Shown: piece by piece, positions 9,666-20,144 of the stretch
Position numbering within the stretch: position 1 is the stretch's first letter
How the letters are laid out: every line of letters starts with the position of its first letter
DNA from: Alphaproteobacteria bacterium
GTDB lineage: Bacteria; Pseudomonadota; Alphaproteobacteria; UBA2966
Assembly (NCBI GenBank): GCA_030740435.1
Contig: JASLXG010000039.1
Span: 595-64,594, forward strand
DNA length: 64,000 nucleotides
Direction: 5' to 3'
Notes under the pieces: model-generated
Database searches by the model: none
The model's input: only the letters and a program-made list of their open reading frames with translations
Told to the model about the DNA's origin: nothing
Made by a program: the position numbers and the translations under genes

Positions 9666-10355
9666 ATGAGCGGATCGCCGCTCGACAACCGCACCTATGG
9701 CCGGCGCCGCGGACACCGCCTGAGGCCTGCCCGCCAGGCCCTGGTCGACAAACTGCTGCCGCGTTTGAGCGTTGGACTTCCGGCCACCGGAGTGCTCGAC
9801 GCCGAACGCCTCAAGGACGGCGCCCGCGAGCTCTGGCTGGAGATCGGCTTCGGCGCCGGCGAACACCTCGCCAGCTTGGCGGGGCGCCATCCCGAGGTTC
9901 GCTTCATCGGTTGTGAGCCCTTCCTCAACGGCGTTGCCAGCCTGCTCGCCCAGGTCAACGAACAGGGCCTCGAGAACATCCTTCTCGTCCATGGCGACGC
10001 CCGGCCGTTGCTGGCGGCGCTGCCCGAAGCCTGCCTGAGCCGCGTGATTTTCCTCTTTGCCGATCCCTGGCCCAAAAAGCGCCACCACAAGCGCCGCTTC
10101 GTCTGCCGCGAAAACCTCGACGCCATCGCCCGGGTGCTGGTGGCGGGCGGCGATTTCCGCTTCGCCAGCGACCATGGCGAGTACGTGCGCTGGACGCTGG
10201 CCCGGGTACTGCGCCACGGCGCCTTCGCCTGGCCGGCCCGGAGCGTCGCCGACTGGAACCGCCGCCCGGCCGATTGGCCCGCCACGCGCTACGAGGCCAA
10301 GGCCCTGGCGGCCGGACGCCAGCCGCTCTATTTCCGCTTCCTCAGACGCCAGTGA
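9666..10355 (+). CDS. trmB: tRNA (guanine46-N7)-methyltransferase TrmB
   Basis: SAM-MTase core ELWLEIGFGAGEHL… and the TrmB signature FLFADPWPKKRHHKRR. The ATG at 9666 (MSGSPLDNR…) was chosen. The ORF-track start at 9579 overlaps metK. Confidence 0.85.
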   Translation: MSGSPLDNRTYGRRRGHRLRPARQALVDKLLPRLSVGLPATGVLDAERLKDGARELWLEIGFGAGEHLASLAGRHPEVRFIGCEPFLNGVASLLAQVNEQGLENILLVHGDARPLLAALPEACLSRVIFLFADPWPKKRHHKRRFVCRENLDAIARVLVAGGDFRFASDHGEYVRWTLARVLRHGAFAWPARSVADWNRRPADWPATRYEAKALAAGRQPLYFRFLRRQ

Positions 10356-10443
10356 GTGCAAGTTTCTTCTTGAAGCGCCGCTGCTTTCGACTAATATCCC
10401 GAGCGGTAACGGTTTTGGCCTAACATAATAAGCACTGACGCCG

Positions 10444-10472
10444 GGTGGGCCAGAGGCCCACTTTTTTTGTGT
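10444..10472 (+). terminator. Rho-independent terminator after trmB
   Basis: Hairpin GTGGGCC-AGA-GGCCCAC followed directly by TTTTTTT. Confidence 0.75.
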
Positions 10473-10536
10473 CGCCCCGGTGGCGCTGGGCGCGGTGCGG
10501 TGGTCTGGCATCTTTACCGCTTCGACCGAGGACGCG

Positions 10537-11043
10537 ATGACAGAGACGACCCGCATCGAGGGATTGATCGCACCAGCGCTGGAGGCGATGGGTTTCGGTA
10601 TCGTGCGCGTGCGCATGATGGGGGCCGATGGGGGCACGCTGCAGATCATGGCCGAGCCTTTGGCCGAGCGACAGATGACGGTGGATGATTGCGCCGACAT
10701 CAGCCGGGCCGTATCGGCGCTCTTGGACGTCGAGGATCCCATCACCGGCTCTTACGTGCTCGAAGTGAGCTCGCCGGGGCTCGATCGTCCGCTGGTCAAA
10801 ATCGAGGATTTCGAGCGTTTTGCCGGCTATCAGGCCAAGCTCGAGCTTGGCGTCTTGCGTGAAGGCCGCAAACGCTTTCGCGGCCGTCTGCTGGGGGCCG
10901 AGGCCGGCACGGTGCGCATCATCGTGCCGGATGAGGGTGAGGAACGGGTATTCAAGCTTCCCTATGTCGACATCGTTACCGCCAAGCTGACGCCGGGCGA
11001 CGATGTCATCAGCGCGGCGCTGCAATCCCGGCAGCGCCACTAA
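10537..11043 (+). CDS. rimP: ribosome maturation factor RimP
   Basis: RimP/YhbC pattern (…YVLEVSSPGLDRPL…) and its position immediately 5' of nusA-infB. The ATG at 10537 (MTETTRIEGL…) is preferred over the upstream ATG at 10480. Confidence 0.85.
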   Translation: MTETTRIEGLIAPALEAMGFGIVRVRMMGADGGTLQIMAEPLAERQMTVDDCADISRAVSALLDVEDPITGSYVLEVSSPGLDRPLVKIEDFERFAGYQAKLELGVLREGRKRFRGRLLGAEAGTVRIIVPDEGEERVFKLPYVDIVTAKLTPGDDVISAALQSRQRH

Positions 11044-11071
11044 GAGGCCGCAAAAGAGGCGGAAAGAGAAA

Positions 11072-12670
11072 ATGGAATCAACAGTTTCGAGCTGGAACCG
11101 CGTCGAGCTTTTGCAGATCGCGGACACCGTGGCGCGCGAGAAGAGTATTGAGCCCCAGACGGTTATTCAGGCCATGGAAGAGGCGATCGAGAAGGCGGCG
11201 CGCTCCAAATACGGCCACGAGAACGAGATCCGCGCGGAAATCGATGCCAAGACCGGTGAAATCCGCATCTTCCGGGCCCTCGAGGTGGCCGACGAGGTGG
11301 ACAACGATTACACCCAGATTTCCCTGGTTCGGGCCCGCGAGCATAACCCCGATGCCCAGATCGGCGACTACATCGCCGAGCCCTTGCCGCCCATCGACTT
11401 CGGCCGCATCGCCGCCCAGACGGCCAAGCAGGTGATCGTGCAAAAGGTGCGCGAGGCCGAACGCGAACGCCAATACGAGGAATACAAGGACCGCATCGGC
11501 GAGATCATCAACGGCCTGGTGAAAAGGGTCGAATACGGCAACGTCACCGTCGATCTCGGCCGCGCCGAGGCCGTGGTGCGGCGCGACGAGCTGTTGCCCC
11601 GCGAAACCTTCCACCAGGGCGACCGCATCCGGGCCTATATCTACGATGTGCGCCGCGAGCCCCGGGGGCCGCAGATCTTCCTGTCGCGCACCCACCCCCA
11701 GTTGATGGCCAAGCTGTTCGCCCAGGAAGTGCCGGAAATCTACGACAGCATCATCGAGATCAAGGCGGTGGCGCGCGATCCCGGCAGCCGGGCCAAGATC
11801 AGCGTCATGTCCAACGATGCCAGCATCGACCCGGTGGGCGCCTGCGTCGGTATGCGCGGCAGCCGCGTGCAAGCCGTGGTCAACGAATTGCAGGGCGAGA
11901 AAATCGACATCATTCCCTGGTCGCCCGATCCCGCCACCTTCAACGTCAACGCCTTGGCTCCGGCCGAGGTCACCAAGGTGGTGCTCGACGAAGAGAGCCG
12001 TCGCATCGAGGTGGTGGTGCCGGACGAGCAGCTCAGCCTGGCTATCGGCCGGCGCGGCCAGAACGTTCGCCTGGCTTCGCAGCTCACCGGCTGGGACATC
12101 GACATCATGACCGAGGCCGAGGAATCGGAGCGCCGCCAGGAGGAATTCCGGCGTCAGAGCGAAATGTTCATCGCCGCCCTCGACGTCGACGAGGTGATCG
12201 CCCAGTTGCTGGTCATCGAGGGCTTCTCGACGGTCGAGGAGGTGGCCTACGTCGAGGCCGCGGAATTGTCGGAGATCGAGGGTTTCGACGCCGACCTGGG
12301 CGCCGAGTTGCACCAGCGGGCGGAAAAATACCTGGCCGTCGAGGCCGCCCAGTTGAACCAGCGCCGCATCGAGCTTGGGGTGGCCGACGAAGTGGTGGAG
12401 CTCGAAGACGTGAGCTTACGCATGGCCGTGGCCTTTGGCGAGAACGGCGTCAAAAGCCTCGACGATGTCGGTGATTTGGCCAGTGACGAACTTTTGGATC
12501 TGCTTGGCAACAGCTCGCTGGAGCCGGCCGAGGCCGACGCCATCATCATGGCCGCCCGGGCGCATTGGTTCGCCGACGAGGAGTTGCCGGCCGCCGACGA
12601 AGAGCCGGCAGAGCCGGTCCAGGACGAGCCGCTGCCGGCCAGCGGCGAAGACGGCGAAGTCGGCGCCTGA
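11072..12670 (+). CDS. nusA: transcription termination/antitermination factor NusA
   Basis: NusA N-terminal domain, S1 and two KH domains (…[26 protein letters not shown]…) and an acidic C-terminal repeat tail. I chose the ATG at 11072 ([20 protein letters not shown]…) rather than the ORF-track start at 11003. Confidence 0.95.
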   Translation: MESTVSSWNRVELLQIADTVAREKSIEPQTVIQAMEEAIEKAARSKYGHENEIRAEIDAKTGEIRIFRALEVADEVDNDYTQISLVRAREHNPDAQIGDYIAEPLPPIDFGRIAAQTAKQVIVQKVREAERERQYEEYKDRIGEIINGLVKRVEYGNVTVDLGRAEAVVRRDELLPRETFHQGDRIRAYIYDVRREPRGPQIFLSRTHPQLMAKLFAQEVPEIYDSIIEIKAVARDPGSRAKISVMSNDASIDPVGACVGMRGSRVQAVVNELQGEKIDIIPWSPDPATFNVNALAPAEVTKVVLDEESRRIEVVVPDEQLSLAIGRRGQNVRLASQLTGWDIDIMTEAEESERRQEEFRRQSEMFIAALDVDEVIAQLLVIEGFSTVEEVAYVEAAELSEIEGFDADLGAELHQRAEKYLAVEAAQLNQRRIELGVADEVVELEDVSLRMAVAFGENGVKSLDDVGDLASDELLDLLGNSSLEPAEADAIIMAARAHWFADEELPAADEEPAEPVQDEPLPASGEDGEVGA

Positions 12671-12698
12671 GCCAGGCGGCCGGGGATGCCAAGCAGCC

Positions 12699-13367
12699 AT
12701 GCCAGCACCAGCCAGCAAAGCCCGGAAGGGCCCGGCTCCAGCCTCTGGGCCGCGGCAACGACGCTGCATCGCCAGCGGCCGGCGGCTCGATTCGGCCCGG
12801 CTGGTGCGCTTCGTGGTGGCCCCCGACGGCGCCGTGCTGGCCGACGTTGGCGGCCGCCTGCCGGGCCGCGGCATGTGGCTGGAGGCGCGCCGGCAAGCGC
12901 TTGAGCTGGCGCTCGAGAAGCAGAGCTTCGCCCGTGCCGCCAAACGCCGGGTACGGGTCGAGCCCGATCTTGCCGAGCGCGTCGAAGGGTTGCTCGCCGG
13001 GCGCTGTCTGGAAGGCCTTGGCCTGGCCCGCCGGGCGGGCCAAGTGGTCACCGGTTTTGAGCGTGTGAGGGCGGCTTTGCGGACTTCCGAGGTGGCCCTT
13101 TTGCTGGCCGCCAGCGACGCCGCCGACGACGGCCGGCGCAAACTGGCGGCCCTGGCCGGGGACTGCAGGCAAGTGGCGCTCTTTTCGCGGGCCGAATTGA
13201 GTTTGGCATTGGGCAGGGAAAATGTGGTACATGCTGCGCTGTTACCGGGGGGATTGGCTGACCGCTTGGCGCTCGATGTCGAGCGACTGGCCGGTTTCCG
13301 GCCGCCGCCCACGTCGTCCCCGTGGCGGCAGCTTGACAACGTCGAGGCGCATTCGGGGGCGTCCTAG
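12699..13367 (+). CDS. ylxR: YlxR(DUF448)-L7Ae fusion RNA-binding protein of the nusA-infB operon
   Basis: N-terminal DUF448/YlxR-like segment (RRCIASGRRLDSARLVRFVVAPDGAVLAD…LPGRGMWLEA) is followed by an L7Ae/YlxQ-like segment (…LAGRCLEGLGLARRAGQVVTGFERVRAAL…LLLAASDAADD…). ATG at 12699, 28 nt after the nusA stop. Confidence 0.7.
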   Translation: MPAPASKARKGPAPASGPRQRRCIASGRRLDSARLVRFVVAPDGAVLADVGGRLPGRGMWLEARRQALELALEKQSFARAAKRRVRVEPDLAERVEGLLAGRCLEGLGLARRAGQVVTGFERVRAALRTSEVALLLAASDAADDGRRKLAALAGDCRQVALFSRAELSLALGRENVVHAALLPGGLADRLALDVERLAGFRPPPTSSPWRQLDNVEAHSGAS

Positions 13368-13406
13368 GCCGCTGTGGCCCGGGCGTCCGCAACGCAGGCA
13401 GTGAAG

Positions 13407-15989
13407 ATGAGTGAGTCGAAAGAGACCGAACAGTCCGACGAGAGGAAGTCGCTGAGCCTGGCCCGGCCCGGCCGCCTCGAGCTCAAGAAGAAGGTCGAGT
13501 ACGGGCAGGTAAGGCAGAGCTTCTCGCGCGGCCGCACCAAGGCCGTGGCTGTCGAGGTACGCAAAAAGCGCAGCGTCGGACGCGAGGCTCCGGTTGCTTC
13601 CCCGGCGCTGGTCGAGGCGCCGCCGGTCGAGATCAAGCCGGCCCCGCTGGAGGTGGTTGCGGAAGTCCGCGAAGAGTTTCTGGACGAGTCCGGCTCGGGC
13701 CGCGGCCGGGTGGTGTTGAAGTCGCTCACCGAGGATGAAAAGGCGGCCCGGGCGAAAGCTCTCGAAGGGGCCAAGGCGGCCGACGAGGCGGCCCGGGCGC
13801 GGGCCGAGGACGAAGCCCGGGTACAGGCCGAAGAGGACGTCCGCCGGGCCCAGGAGCACGAGGCCGCGGATCAGCGCGCGGCCGAGGAGGAGGAGCGCAA
13901 GCGCCTCGAAGCCGACGCCCGGCGCAAGGCCGAGGAGACGGCGCGCCAGAAGCTGGACGCGCCCGATCCCGAGGCGGCCGGCAGCGAGCCTGGCAAGACG
14001 GTCGAGACGGAAGCGCGGGAGGGCGAACGCGACGGGCTGCGGCGGCCCCGCCCCGACACCAAACGCCAGCCCGGCCGGCGTGGCCCGCAGCGGCGTCGCG
14101 GCGGCAAGATGACGGTCAGCGACGCGCTCTCCGATCGCGACGAGCGCATGCGCAGCCTGGCGTCCGTGCGCCGGGCCCGCGAACGCGAAAGAAAGGCGGC
14201 CCGCGGCGGCGGCGGGCTGGAAACGCAAAAGATCATCCGCGACGTCATCATCCCCGAGACCATCGTCGTGCAGGAGCTGGCCAACCGCATGGCCGAGCGC
14301 GGTGTTGACGTCATCCGCACCCTGATGAAGCTCGGCGTCATGGCCAACGTCAACCAGACCATCGACGGTGATACCGCCGAGCTGGTGACCACCGAGTTCG
14401 GCCACAAGGTGCGCCGGGTCTCGGAATCCGACATCGAATTCGGCCTCAAGGGCGATGCCGACGAAGCTGGCGTGCTGCAGTTGCGGGCGCCCGTCGTCAC
14501 GGTCATGGGCCACGTCGACCATGGCAAGACCTCGCTCTTGGATGCCTTGCGCGAGACCGACGTGGCCGGTGGCGAAGCCGGCGGCATCACCCAGCACATC
14601 GGCGCCTACCAGGTTGAACTCAGCGGCGGCGACAAAATTACTTTCCTCGATACCCCGGGTCACGAGGCCTTCAGCGCCATGCGCGCCCGCGGTGCCACGG
14701 TCACCGACACCGTGGTCCTGGTGGTGGCGGCCGACGACGGCATCATGCCGCAGACCGTCGAGGCCATTAATCACGCCAAGGAAGCGGACTCGCCGATCAT
14801 CGTCGCCATCAACAAGATGGATAAGCCCGAGGCCGACCCGGGCCGCGTGCGCCAGGAGCTCCTGAACCACGAACTGGTGGTCGAGGAATTGGGCGGCGAC
14901 ATCCTGTGCATCGAGCTCTCGGCCAAGGAGCGCACCAACCTCGACAAGCTCGAGGAAGCCATATTGCTGCAGTCCGAGGTGCTCGAGCTCAGGGCCAACC
15001 CGGACCGCGCCGCCGAGGGCGTGATCATCGAGGCCAAGATCGATCGCGGCCGCGGCCCGGTTGCCACCATCCTGGTGCAGCGCGGCACCTTGGCCGTGGG
15101 CGATGTCTTCGTGGCCGGTGGCGAGTGGGGCCGGGTGCGTGCCCTGGTCGACGACCATGGCACAAACGTCGAGACGGCCGGCCCATCGGTGCCGGTCGAG
15201 GTGCTGGGGTTGACCGGCGCGCCCGAGGCGGGCGACGAGTTTTCCGTCGTCGACAGCGAGCAACGCGCCCGCGAGGTGGCCGAGTTCCGGCAGCGCCGGT
15301 CACGGGCGATGAAGGTGGCCAAGCCCGAGCTCGGTACCCTGGAGGAGATGTTCGAGCGCATCTCGAGCGGCGAGACCAAGGAGTTTCCCTTGGTCATCAA
15401 GGCCGACGTTCAGGGCTCGCTGGAGGCCATCGTGGGCGGCCTCGAGAAGATGTCGACCGACGAGGTCAAGGCGCGCATCCTGCATGGCGGCGTCGGCGGC
15501 ATCAACGAATCGGACGTCACCCTGGCCCAGGCCTCCGGCGCCCTGGTCATCGGCTTCAACGTCCGCGCCAATGCCCAGGCCCGCGAGTTGGCGCGGCGCG
15601 AGGCTGTGGAAATCCGCTATTACTCGGTCATCTACGACGTCACCAACGACGTCAAAGCGGTGCTGTCGGGCATGCTGGCGCCGGCCATCAAGGAGAATTT
15701 CCTGGGCAACGCCGAGGTGCTGCAGACCTTCGGCATCACCAAGGTCGGCCGTGTCGCCGGCTGCCTGGTGACCGAGGGAACGGTCAAGAAGGGGGCCGGC
15801 GTGCGCCTGCTGCGCGACAACGTGGTGATCCACGAAGGTTCGCTCTCGCAGCTAAAGCGCTTCAAGGACGATGTCGCCGAGGTCCGGGCCGGGCTCGAAT
15901 GCGGCATCCAGTTCGAGAACTACCAGGACGTCCAGGACGGTGACGTGGTCGAGGCCTTCGAGCTCGAGGAAGTGGCGCGCACGCTTTAG
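13407..15989 (+). CDS. infB: translation initiation factor IF-2
   Basis: Charged Lys/Glu/Ala/Arg-rich N-terminal region, then the GTPase domain ([19 protein letters not shown]…[16 protein letters not shown]…) and C-terminal beta-barrel domains. ATG at 13407 (MSESKETEQ…). The GTG at 13401 and ATG at 13374 are alternatives. Confidence 0.95.
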   Translation: MSESKETEQSDERKSLSLARPGRLELKKKVEYGQVRQSFSRGRTKAVAVEVRKKRSVGREAPVASPALVEAPPVEIKPAPLEVVAEVREEFLDESGSGRGRVVLKSLTEDEKAARAKALEGAKAADEAARARAEDEARVQAEEDVRRAQEHEAADQRAAEEEERKRLEADARRKAEETARQKLDAPDPEAAGSEPGKTVETEAREGERDGLRRPRPDTKRQPGRRGPQRRRGGKMTVSDALSDRDERMRSLASVRRARERERKAARGGGGLETQKIIRDVIIPETIVVQELANRMAERGVDVIRTLMKLGVMANVNQTIDGDTAELVTTEFGHKVRRVSESDIEFGLKGDADEAGVLQLRAPVVTVMGHVDHGKTSLLDALRETDVAGGEAGGITQHIGAYQVELSGGDKITFLDTPGHEAFSAMRARGATVTDTVVLVVAADDGIMPQTVEAINHAKEADSPIIVAINKMDKPEADPGRVRQELLNHELVVEELGGDILCIELSAKERTNLDKLEEAILLQSEVLELRANPDRAAEGVIIEAKIDRGRGPVATILVQRGTLAVGDVFVAGGEWGRVRALVDDHGTNVETAGPSVPVEVLGLTGAPEAGDEFSVVDSEQRAREVAEFRQRRSRAMKVAKPELGTLEEMFERISSGETKEFPLVIKADVQGSLEAIVGGLEKMSTDEVKARILHGGVGGINESDVTLAQASGALVIGFNVRANAQARELARREAVEIRYYSVIYDVTNDVKAVLSGMLAPAIKENFLGNAEVLQTFGITKVGRVAGCLVTEGTVKKGAGVRLLRDNVVIHEGSLSQLKRFKDDVAEVRAGLECGIQFENYQDVQDGDVVEAFELEEVARTL

Positions 15990-16030
15990 AGCCTTTCGCG
16001 GTTGCACCGTTACGCCCAAGGATCCCATCC

Positions 16031-16143
16031 GTCATTCCCGCGCAAGCGGGAACCCAGGTTTGTTTGGGTTTGTCAAGGTAGCCGCCAAAGAACGCCAGCA
16101 AAAAACGGCGCAAAACCTGGGTTCCCGCGTGCGCGGGAATGAC
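16031..16143. repeat. 113-bp nested palindromic element between infB and rbfA (30-bp arms, 29 of 30 complementary)
   Basis: Arm 1 (16031-16060) GTCATTCCCGCGCAAGCGGGAACCCAGGTT. Arm 2 (16114-16143) AACCTGGGTTCCCGCGTGCGCGGGAATGAC is its reverse complement with one mismatch. Each arm is itself a small hairpin (TTCCCGC-GCAA-GCGGGAA). Confidence 0.65.
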
Positions 16144-16175
16144 AAAAAGGCGCCGTTAGTGAGCCGGGGAATCTC

Positions 16176-16559
16176 ATGGCAAGACATGGCCGGGCGCCCA
16201 GCCAGCGCCAGCTCCGGGTGGGCGAGGAACTACGCCACGCGCTGGCCGAATTGTTCGCGCGGCACGACTTGCGCGACCCTGATCTGGCCGACCTGACGAT
16301 CACCGTAACCGAGGTGCGGGCCAGCCCCGACCTGCGCCAAGCCACGGCCTATGTGCTGGCGCTGGGCGGCGGTGAAGAAGGGCAGGAGCTGCTGCGCCGC
16401 GGCCTGGAGCGCTCGGCCGGCTACCTGCGAACGCAACTGGCCAAGCAGGTGCACCTCAAGTTCTCGCCCCGCCTGGTCTTCGAGATCGATCGCTCGTTCG
16501 ATGCCGTGGCCCGTCTCGACAGCCTGTTGCACGGGCCCGAAACGAGCGACCAGAGCTAA
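16176..16559 (+). CDS. rbfA: ribosome-binding factor A
   Basis: RbfA KH-like fold signature (…RVGEELRHALAELF…LTITVTEVRASPDLRQATAYV…) and its conserved position after infB. Confidence 0.9.
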   Translation: MARHGRAPSQRQLRVGEELRHALAELFARHDLRDPDLADLTITVTEVRASPDLRQATAYVLALGGGEEGQELLRRGLERSAGYLRTQLAKQVHLKFSPRLVFEIDRSFDAVARLDSLLHGPETSDQS

Positions 16560-16569
16560 GAAAAGAACC

Positions 16570-17466
16570 ATGGCACGGCGACGCAAGGGCCTAGCGATCC
16601 ACGGTTGGCTGGTCATCGACAAGCCCCAAGGTCTGACCTCGGCGGCGGTGGTGGCAAAGGTCAGGCGGGCCAGCGGTGCCGCCAAGGTGGGGCACGGCGG
16701 CACCCTCGATCCGCTGGCCACCGGCGTCCTGCCGCTGGCGCTGGGCGAGGCCACCAAGACGGTTTCCTACGTCATGGACGGCACCAAGGCCTACAGCTTC
16801 ATGGTGGCCTGGGGCGAGGCCCGCGATACCGACGACAGCCAAGGCGCGGTAACGGAGCGGAGCGAGTCGCGCCCCTCGGCGGCGGCGGTGGCGGCGGCCC
16901 TGCCGGCTTTTGTCGGCACCATCGAGCAGCTGCCGCCGGCCTACTCGGCGCTCAAGATCGACGGCCGCCGGGCCTACGCCCTGGCCCGGGCCGGCCAGGA
17001 GGTGCAACTGGCGCCGCGCCGGGTGCGCGTGGACAGCCTGAAGCTGGTGGCCTGTCCGGACCCCGACCACGCCCGCTTCGAGCTGATCTGCGGCAAGGGC
17101 ACCTACGTGCGGGCGCTGGCCCGCGACCTGGGCCGGCGTTTGGGCAGCTTTGGCCACGTCGTCGAAATACGCCGCACCCGGGTTGGCGATTTCTCGGAAG
17201 GGCAAGCGATTTCGCTGGCTAAACTGGACGAGTTACGGCATAGTTCGGCGCTCGATTCAGCGATCCTGCCGGTCGAGACCGCGCTGGCCGACATCCCGGC
17301 GCTGGCCCTGACCGGATCCCAAGCCGAACGCCTGCGACATGGCCAGGCGATTCGCGTGCTGAATATCGCGGATGGCATCTGCCGCACCATGACGGATGGA
17401 CGCCTGGTTGCCCTAGCCGAAGCAAATGACGGCGAAGTGCGGCCACTGCGGGTTTTCAATTGTTAA
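16570..17466 (+). CDS. truB: tRNA pseudouridine(55) synthase TruB
   Basis: TruB catalytic motif (…KVGHGGTLDPLATGVLPLALGEATK…). The ATG at 16570 (MARRRKGLAIHGWLVIDKPQGLTS…) lies 11 nt after rbfA. Confidence 0.9.
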   Translation: MARRRKGLAIHGWLVIDKPQGLTSAAVVAKVRRASGAAKVGHGGTLDPLATGVLPLALGEATKTVSYVMDGTKAYSFMVAWGEARDTDDSQGAVTERSESRPSAAAVAAALPAFVGTIEQLPPAYSALKIDGRRAYALARAGQEVQLAPRRVRVDSLKLVACPDPDHARFELICGKGTYVRALARDLGRRLGSFGHVVEIRRTRVGDFSEGQAISLAKLDELRHSSALDSAILPVETALADIPALALTGSQAERLRHGQAIRVLNIADGICRTMTDGRLVALAEANDGEVRPLRVFNC

Positions 17467-17481
17467 CGCCAGGAGAAGACG

Positions 17482-17751
17482 ATGTCGATAACAGCGGAAC
17501 GCAAGCATGAGCTTGTGGGAAAATTCGCGACCGCGGACGGCGACACAGGTTCACCCGAGGTCCAGGTCGCCGTTCTCACCGAACGCATCGTCAATCTGAC
17601 GGAGCACTTCAAATCACACCACAAGGATCTGCATTCCCGGCGCGGACTGATAAGAATGGTCAACCGCCGGCGCAGCCTGCTGGATTACCTCAAGGGCAAG
17701 AACCAGCAGCGCTACGAGGTGCTGATCAAGGAACTCGGTCTGCGCAAGTAG
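17482..17751 (+). CDS. rpsO: 30S ribosomal protein S15
   Basis: 89-aa product MSITAERK…[34 protein letters not shown]…, a typical S15. It is preceded by the RBS AGGAGA. Confidence 0.95.
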   Translation: MSITAERKHELVGKFATADGDTGSPEVQVAVLTERIVNLTEHFKSHHKDLHSRRGLIRMVNRRRSLLDYLKGKNQQRYEVLIKELGLRK

Positions 17752-17936
17752 AATGCCGATCCGCCTCGTCCCCGGTGCCGGCCCCGGTGCTGAACCCGGG
17801 GGTCGCCGAGGCGAGCGGCAAAGGAAAATCAGCAACCGCCGGCCAAGCCGGCGGCTGACTGTCGGCAACCGGAAGGCCGGTTGCCACGATGGCTGCGCCG
17901 CAAGGGCGGCGCGGCAGGTTGGAAGGAAACCAAAAC
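17752..17936 (+). promoter_or_regulatory. rpsO attenuator/terminator plus structured pnp 5' leader
   Basis: A long imperfect palindrome lies right after the rpsO stop (17758-17818). Three further hairpins follow: GCCGGC-CAA-GCCGGC (17838-17852), GGCAACCGG-AAGG-CCGGTTGCC (17864-17885) and GCTGCGCCGC-AAGG-GCGGCGCGGC (17892-17915), ending about 20 nt before the pnp ATG. Confidence 0.5.
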
Positions 17937-20144
17937 ATGTTTGAGATTCATCGCAAGGAACTTATGTGGGGAGGCCGCAAGCTGGTCATGGAGACCGGCC
18001 GCATGGCCCGCCAGGCCGATGGCGCCGTGCTGGTGACCTATGGCGAAACCGTGGTGCTGTGTACCGCCGTCGCCCAGAGGTCGGCGCGGGTGGGCATCGA
18101 TTTCTTCCCCCTCACCGTCAACTACCAGGAAAAAACCTTCGCCACCGGCAAGATCCCCGGTGGCTTTTTCAAGCGCGAAGGCCGTCCCTCCGAGAAGGAG
18201 ACGTTGACCTCGCGGCTCATCGACCGGCCCATCCGGCCGTTGTTTGCCAAGGGCTTCCGCAACGAGACCCAGGTCATCTGCACGGTGCTCAGCCACGATC
18301 TCGAAAACGATCCCGATATCGTTGCCCTGGTCGGTTCGGCAGCGGCGCTGACGCTTTCGGGAATACCCTTCCTGGGCCCCATCGCGGCCGCCCGGGTGGG
18401 TTTCATCGACGGCCAATTCGTGCTCAATCCCTTGGTCGAGGACTTGGAGCAAAGCCGCCTCGATCTGATTGTCGCCGGTACCGCCGATCACGTCATGATG
18501 GTCGAATCCGAGGCTCATGAGCTCAGCGAGGAGGAAATGCTGGGGGCCGTCAACTTCGGCCACGAGCAGTTTCGCCCGGTCATCGAGGCCATCATCGAAC
18601 TGGCCGAGAAGGCGGCCAAGGATCCCTGGAATCTGCCCGAGCCGTCCGACAACAGCGCCGTGGCGCAAAAGGTCAAGGCCGAGGCCGAGGCCGAGCTTCG
18701 CGGCGCCTACGCCGAAGTGGTCAAGCAGACCCGGCAGGGCAAGATCGATGCGCTGCGCGACAAGGTGTCGGCCGGCTTCGAGGATGGCGATGAGGCGGAC
18801 AAAAAGGCGGCTTCCGGAGCCTTCAAGGATCTCGAGAAGAGCATCGTGCGGCGCCAGATCATCGACAGCGGCGTGCGTATCGACGGCCGCGACACCAAGA
18901 CCGTGCGGCCCATCTCGTGCGACGTGAATCTGCTGCCGAGAGCGCACGGCTCGGCACTCTTTACCCGCGGCGAGACCCAAGCCTTGGCCGTGGCGACGCT
19001 GGGCACCGGGCGTGACGAGCAGATCATCGACGCCCTGCAAGGCGAATATCGCGAACGCTTCATGCTGCACTACAACTTCCCGCCCTATTCCGTGGGCGAG
19101 GCCTCGTTCCTGCGCAGCCCCGGGCGGCGGGAAATCGGTCACGGCAAGCTGGCCTGGCGGGCGCTGCGGCCGCTCATGCCGAACTGGGACGACTTCCCCT
19201 ACACCATCCGCGTGGTCTCGGAGATCACCGAATCCAACGGCTCCTCGTCGATGGCCACGGTCTGCGGCACCTCGCTCTCGCTGATGGACGCCGGCGTACC
19301 GCTCAAGCGTCCGGTGGCCGGTATCGCCATGGGCCTGATCCTCGAGGAAGACAGCCACGCCGTGCTCTCGGACATCCTGGGCGACGAGGACCACCTGGGC
19401 GACATGGACTTCAAGGTGGCCGGCACCGAGGAAGGCGTCACTTCGTTGCAGATGGACATCAAGGTGGCCGGCATCACCAGTGACATCATGGCGCTGGCGC
19501 TGGCCCAGGCCCGCGAGGGGCGTCTGCACATCCTGGGCGAGATGACGGCGGCCCTGGCCCGGCCGCGCGACGAGGTCGGCCAGTACGCGCCGCGCATCAC
19601 CACCATCGAGATCCCCAAGGACAAGATCCGCGAGGTCATCGGCACCGGCGGCAAGGTGATCCGCGAGATCACCGAGGAGACCGGCGCCAAGATCGATATC
19701 GAAGACGACGGCACCATCCGGGTTGCCGCCGCCACCACCGAGGTGGCCGAGGCGGCCATCAATTGGATCAAGGAAATCGTGGCCGAGCCCGAGGTCGGCG
19801 TGATCTATACGGGCAAGGTGGTCAAGGTGGTCGATTTCGGCGCCTTCGTGAATTTCATCGGCAACCGCGACGGCTTGGTGCACATCAGCGAGCTGGCACC
19901 CAGGCGGGTCGGCAAGGTGACCGACGTGGTCAACGAAGGCGACGAGGTCTACGTCAAGATGCTGGCCATGGACGATCGCGGCAAGGTGCGGCTCAGCATG
20001 CGCTCCGTCGATCAGCAGTCGGGCCAGGAAATCAGCGACCAGAAGGGGGACGGCGAGGCGGCGACAGGCCGGTCGCAGGCCGCCGGCCCGCCCTCTTCCC
20101 CGCCGCCGCGCCGCCGCGCCGACGACGCAAAGCAAAGACCGTGA
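17937..20144 (+). CDS. pnp: polyribonucleotide nucleotidyltransferase (PNPase)
   Basis: Two RNase PH domains, KH and S1 domains ([31 protein letters not shown]…). There is a Pro/Arg-rich C-terminal tail after the S1 domain. ATG at 17937. Confidence 0.95.
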   Translation: MFEIHRKELMWGGRKLVMETGRMARQADGAVLVTYGETVVLCTAVAQRSARVGIDFFPLTVNYQEKTFATGKIPGGFFKREGRPSEKETLTSRLIDRPIRPLFAKGFRNETQVICTVLSHDLENDPDIVALVGSAAALTLSGIPFLGPIAAARVGFIDGQFVLNPLVEDLEQSRLDLIVAGTADHVMMVESEAHELSEEEMLGAVNFGHEQFRPVIEAIIELAEKAAKDPWNLPEPSDNSAVAQKVKAEAEAELRGAYAEVVKQTRQGKIDALRDKVSAGFEDGDEADKKAASGAFKDLEKSIVRRQIIDSGVRIDGRDTKTVRPISCDVNLLPRAHGSALFTRGETQALAVATLGTGRDEQIIDALQGEYRERFMLHYNFPPYSVGEASFLRSPGRREIGHGKLAWRALRPLMPNWDDFPYTIRVVSEITESNGSSSMATVCGTSLSLMDAGVPLKRPVAGIAMGLILEEDSHAVLSDILGDEDHLGDMDFKVAGTEEGVTSLQMDIKVAGITSDIMALALAQAREGRLHILGEMTAALARPRDEVGQYAPRITTIEIPKDKIREVIGTGGKVIREITEETGAKIDIEDDGTIRVAAATTEVAEAAINWIKEIVAEPEVGVIYTGKVVKVVDFGAFVNFIGNRDGLVHISELAPRRVGKVTDVVNEGDEVYVKMLAMDDRGKVRLSMRSVDQQSGQEISDQKGDGEAATGRSQAAGPPSSPPPRRRADDAKQRP

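Noticed and set aside
13242-15263. 673-aa minus-strand ORF antisense to infB (and the 242-aa ORF at 13871-14599)
   Set aside because: Antisense to the unambiguous IF-2 gene. Arg/Gly/Ala-rich with no motifs.
17829-20135. 768-aa minus-strand ORF antisense to pnp
   Set aside because: Covers exactly the PNPase gene on the opposite strand and has no recognisable domains. GC-skewed third positions create long open antisense frames.
19763-20140. N-terminal extension of the NMO-like ORF back to 19763
   Set aside because: It runs through the pnp C-terminal coding region in a different frame with a low-complexity Arg/Gly translation. The GTG at 20141 overlapping the pnp stop is the sensible start.
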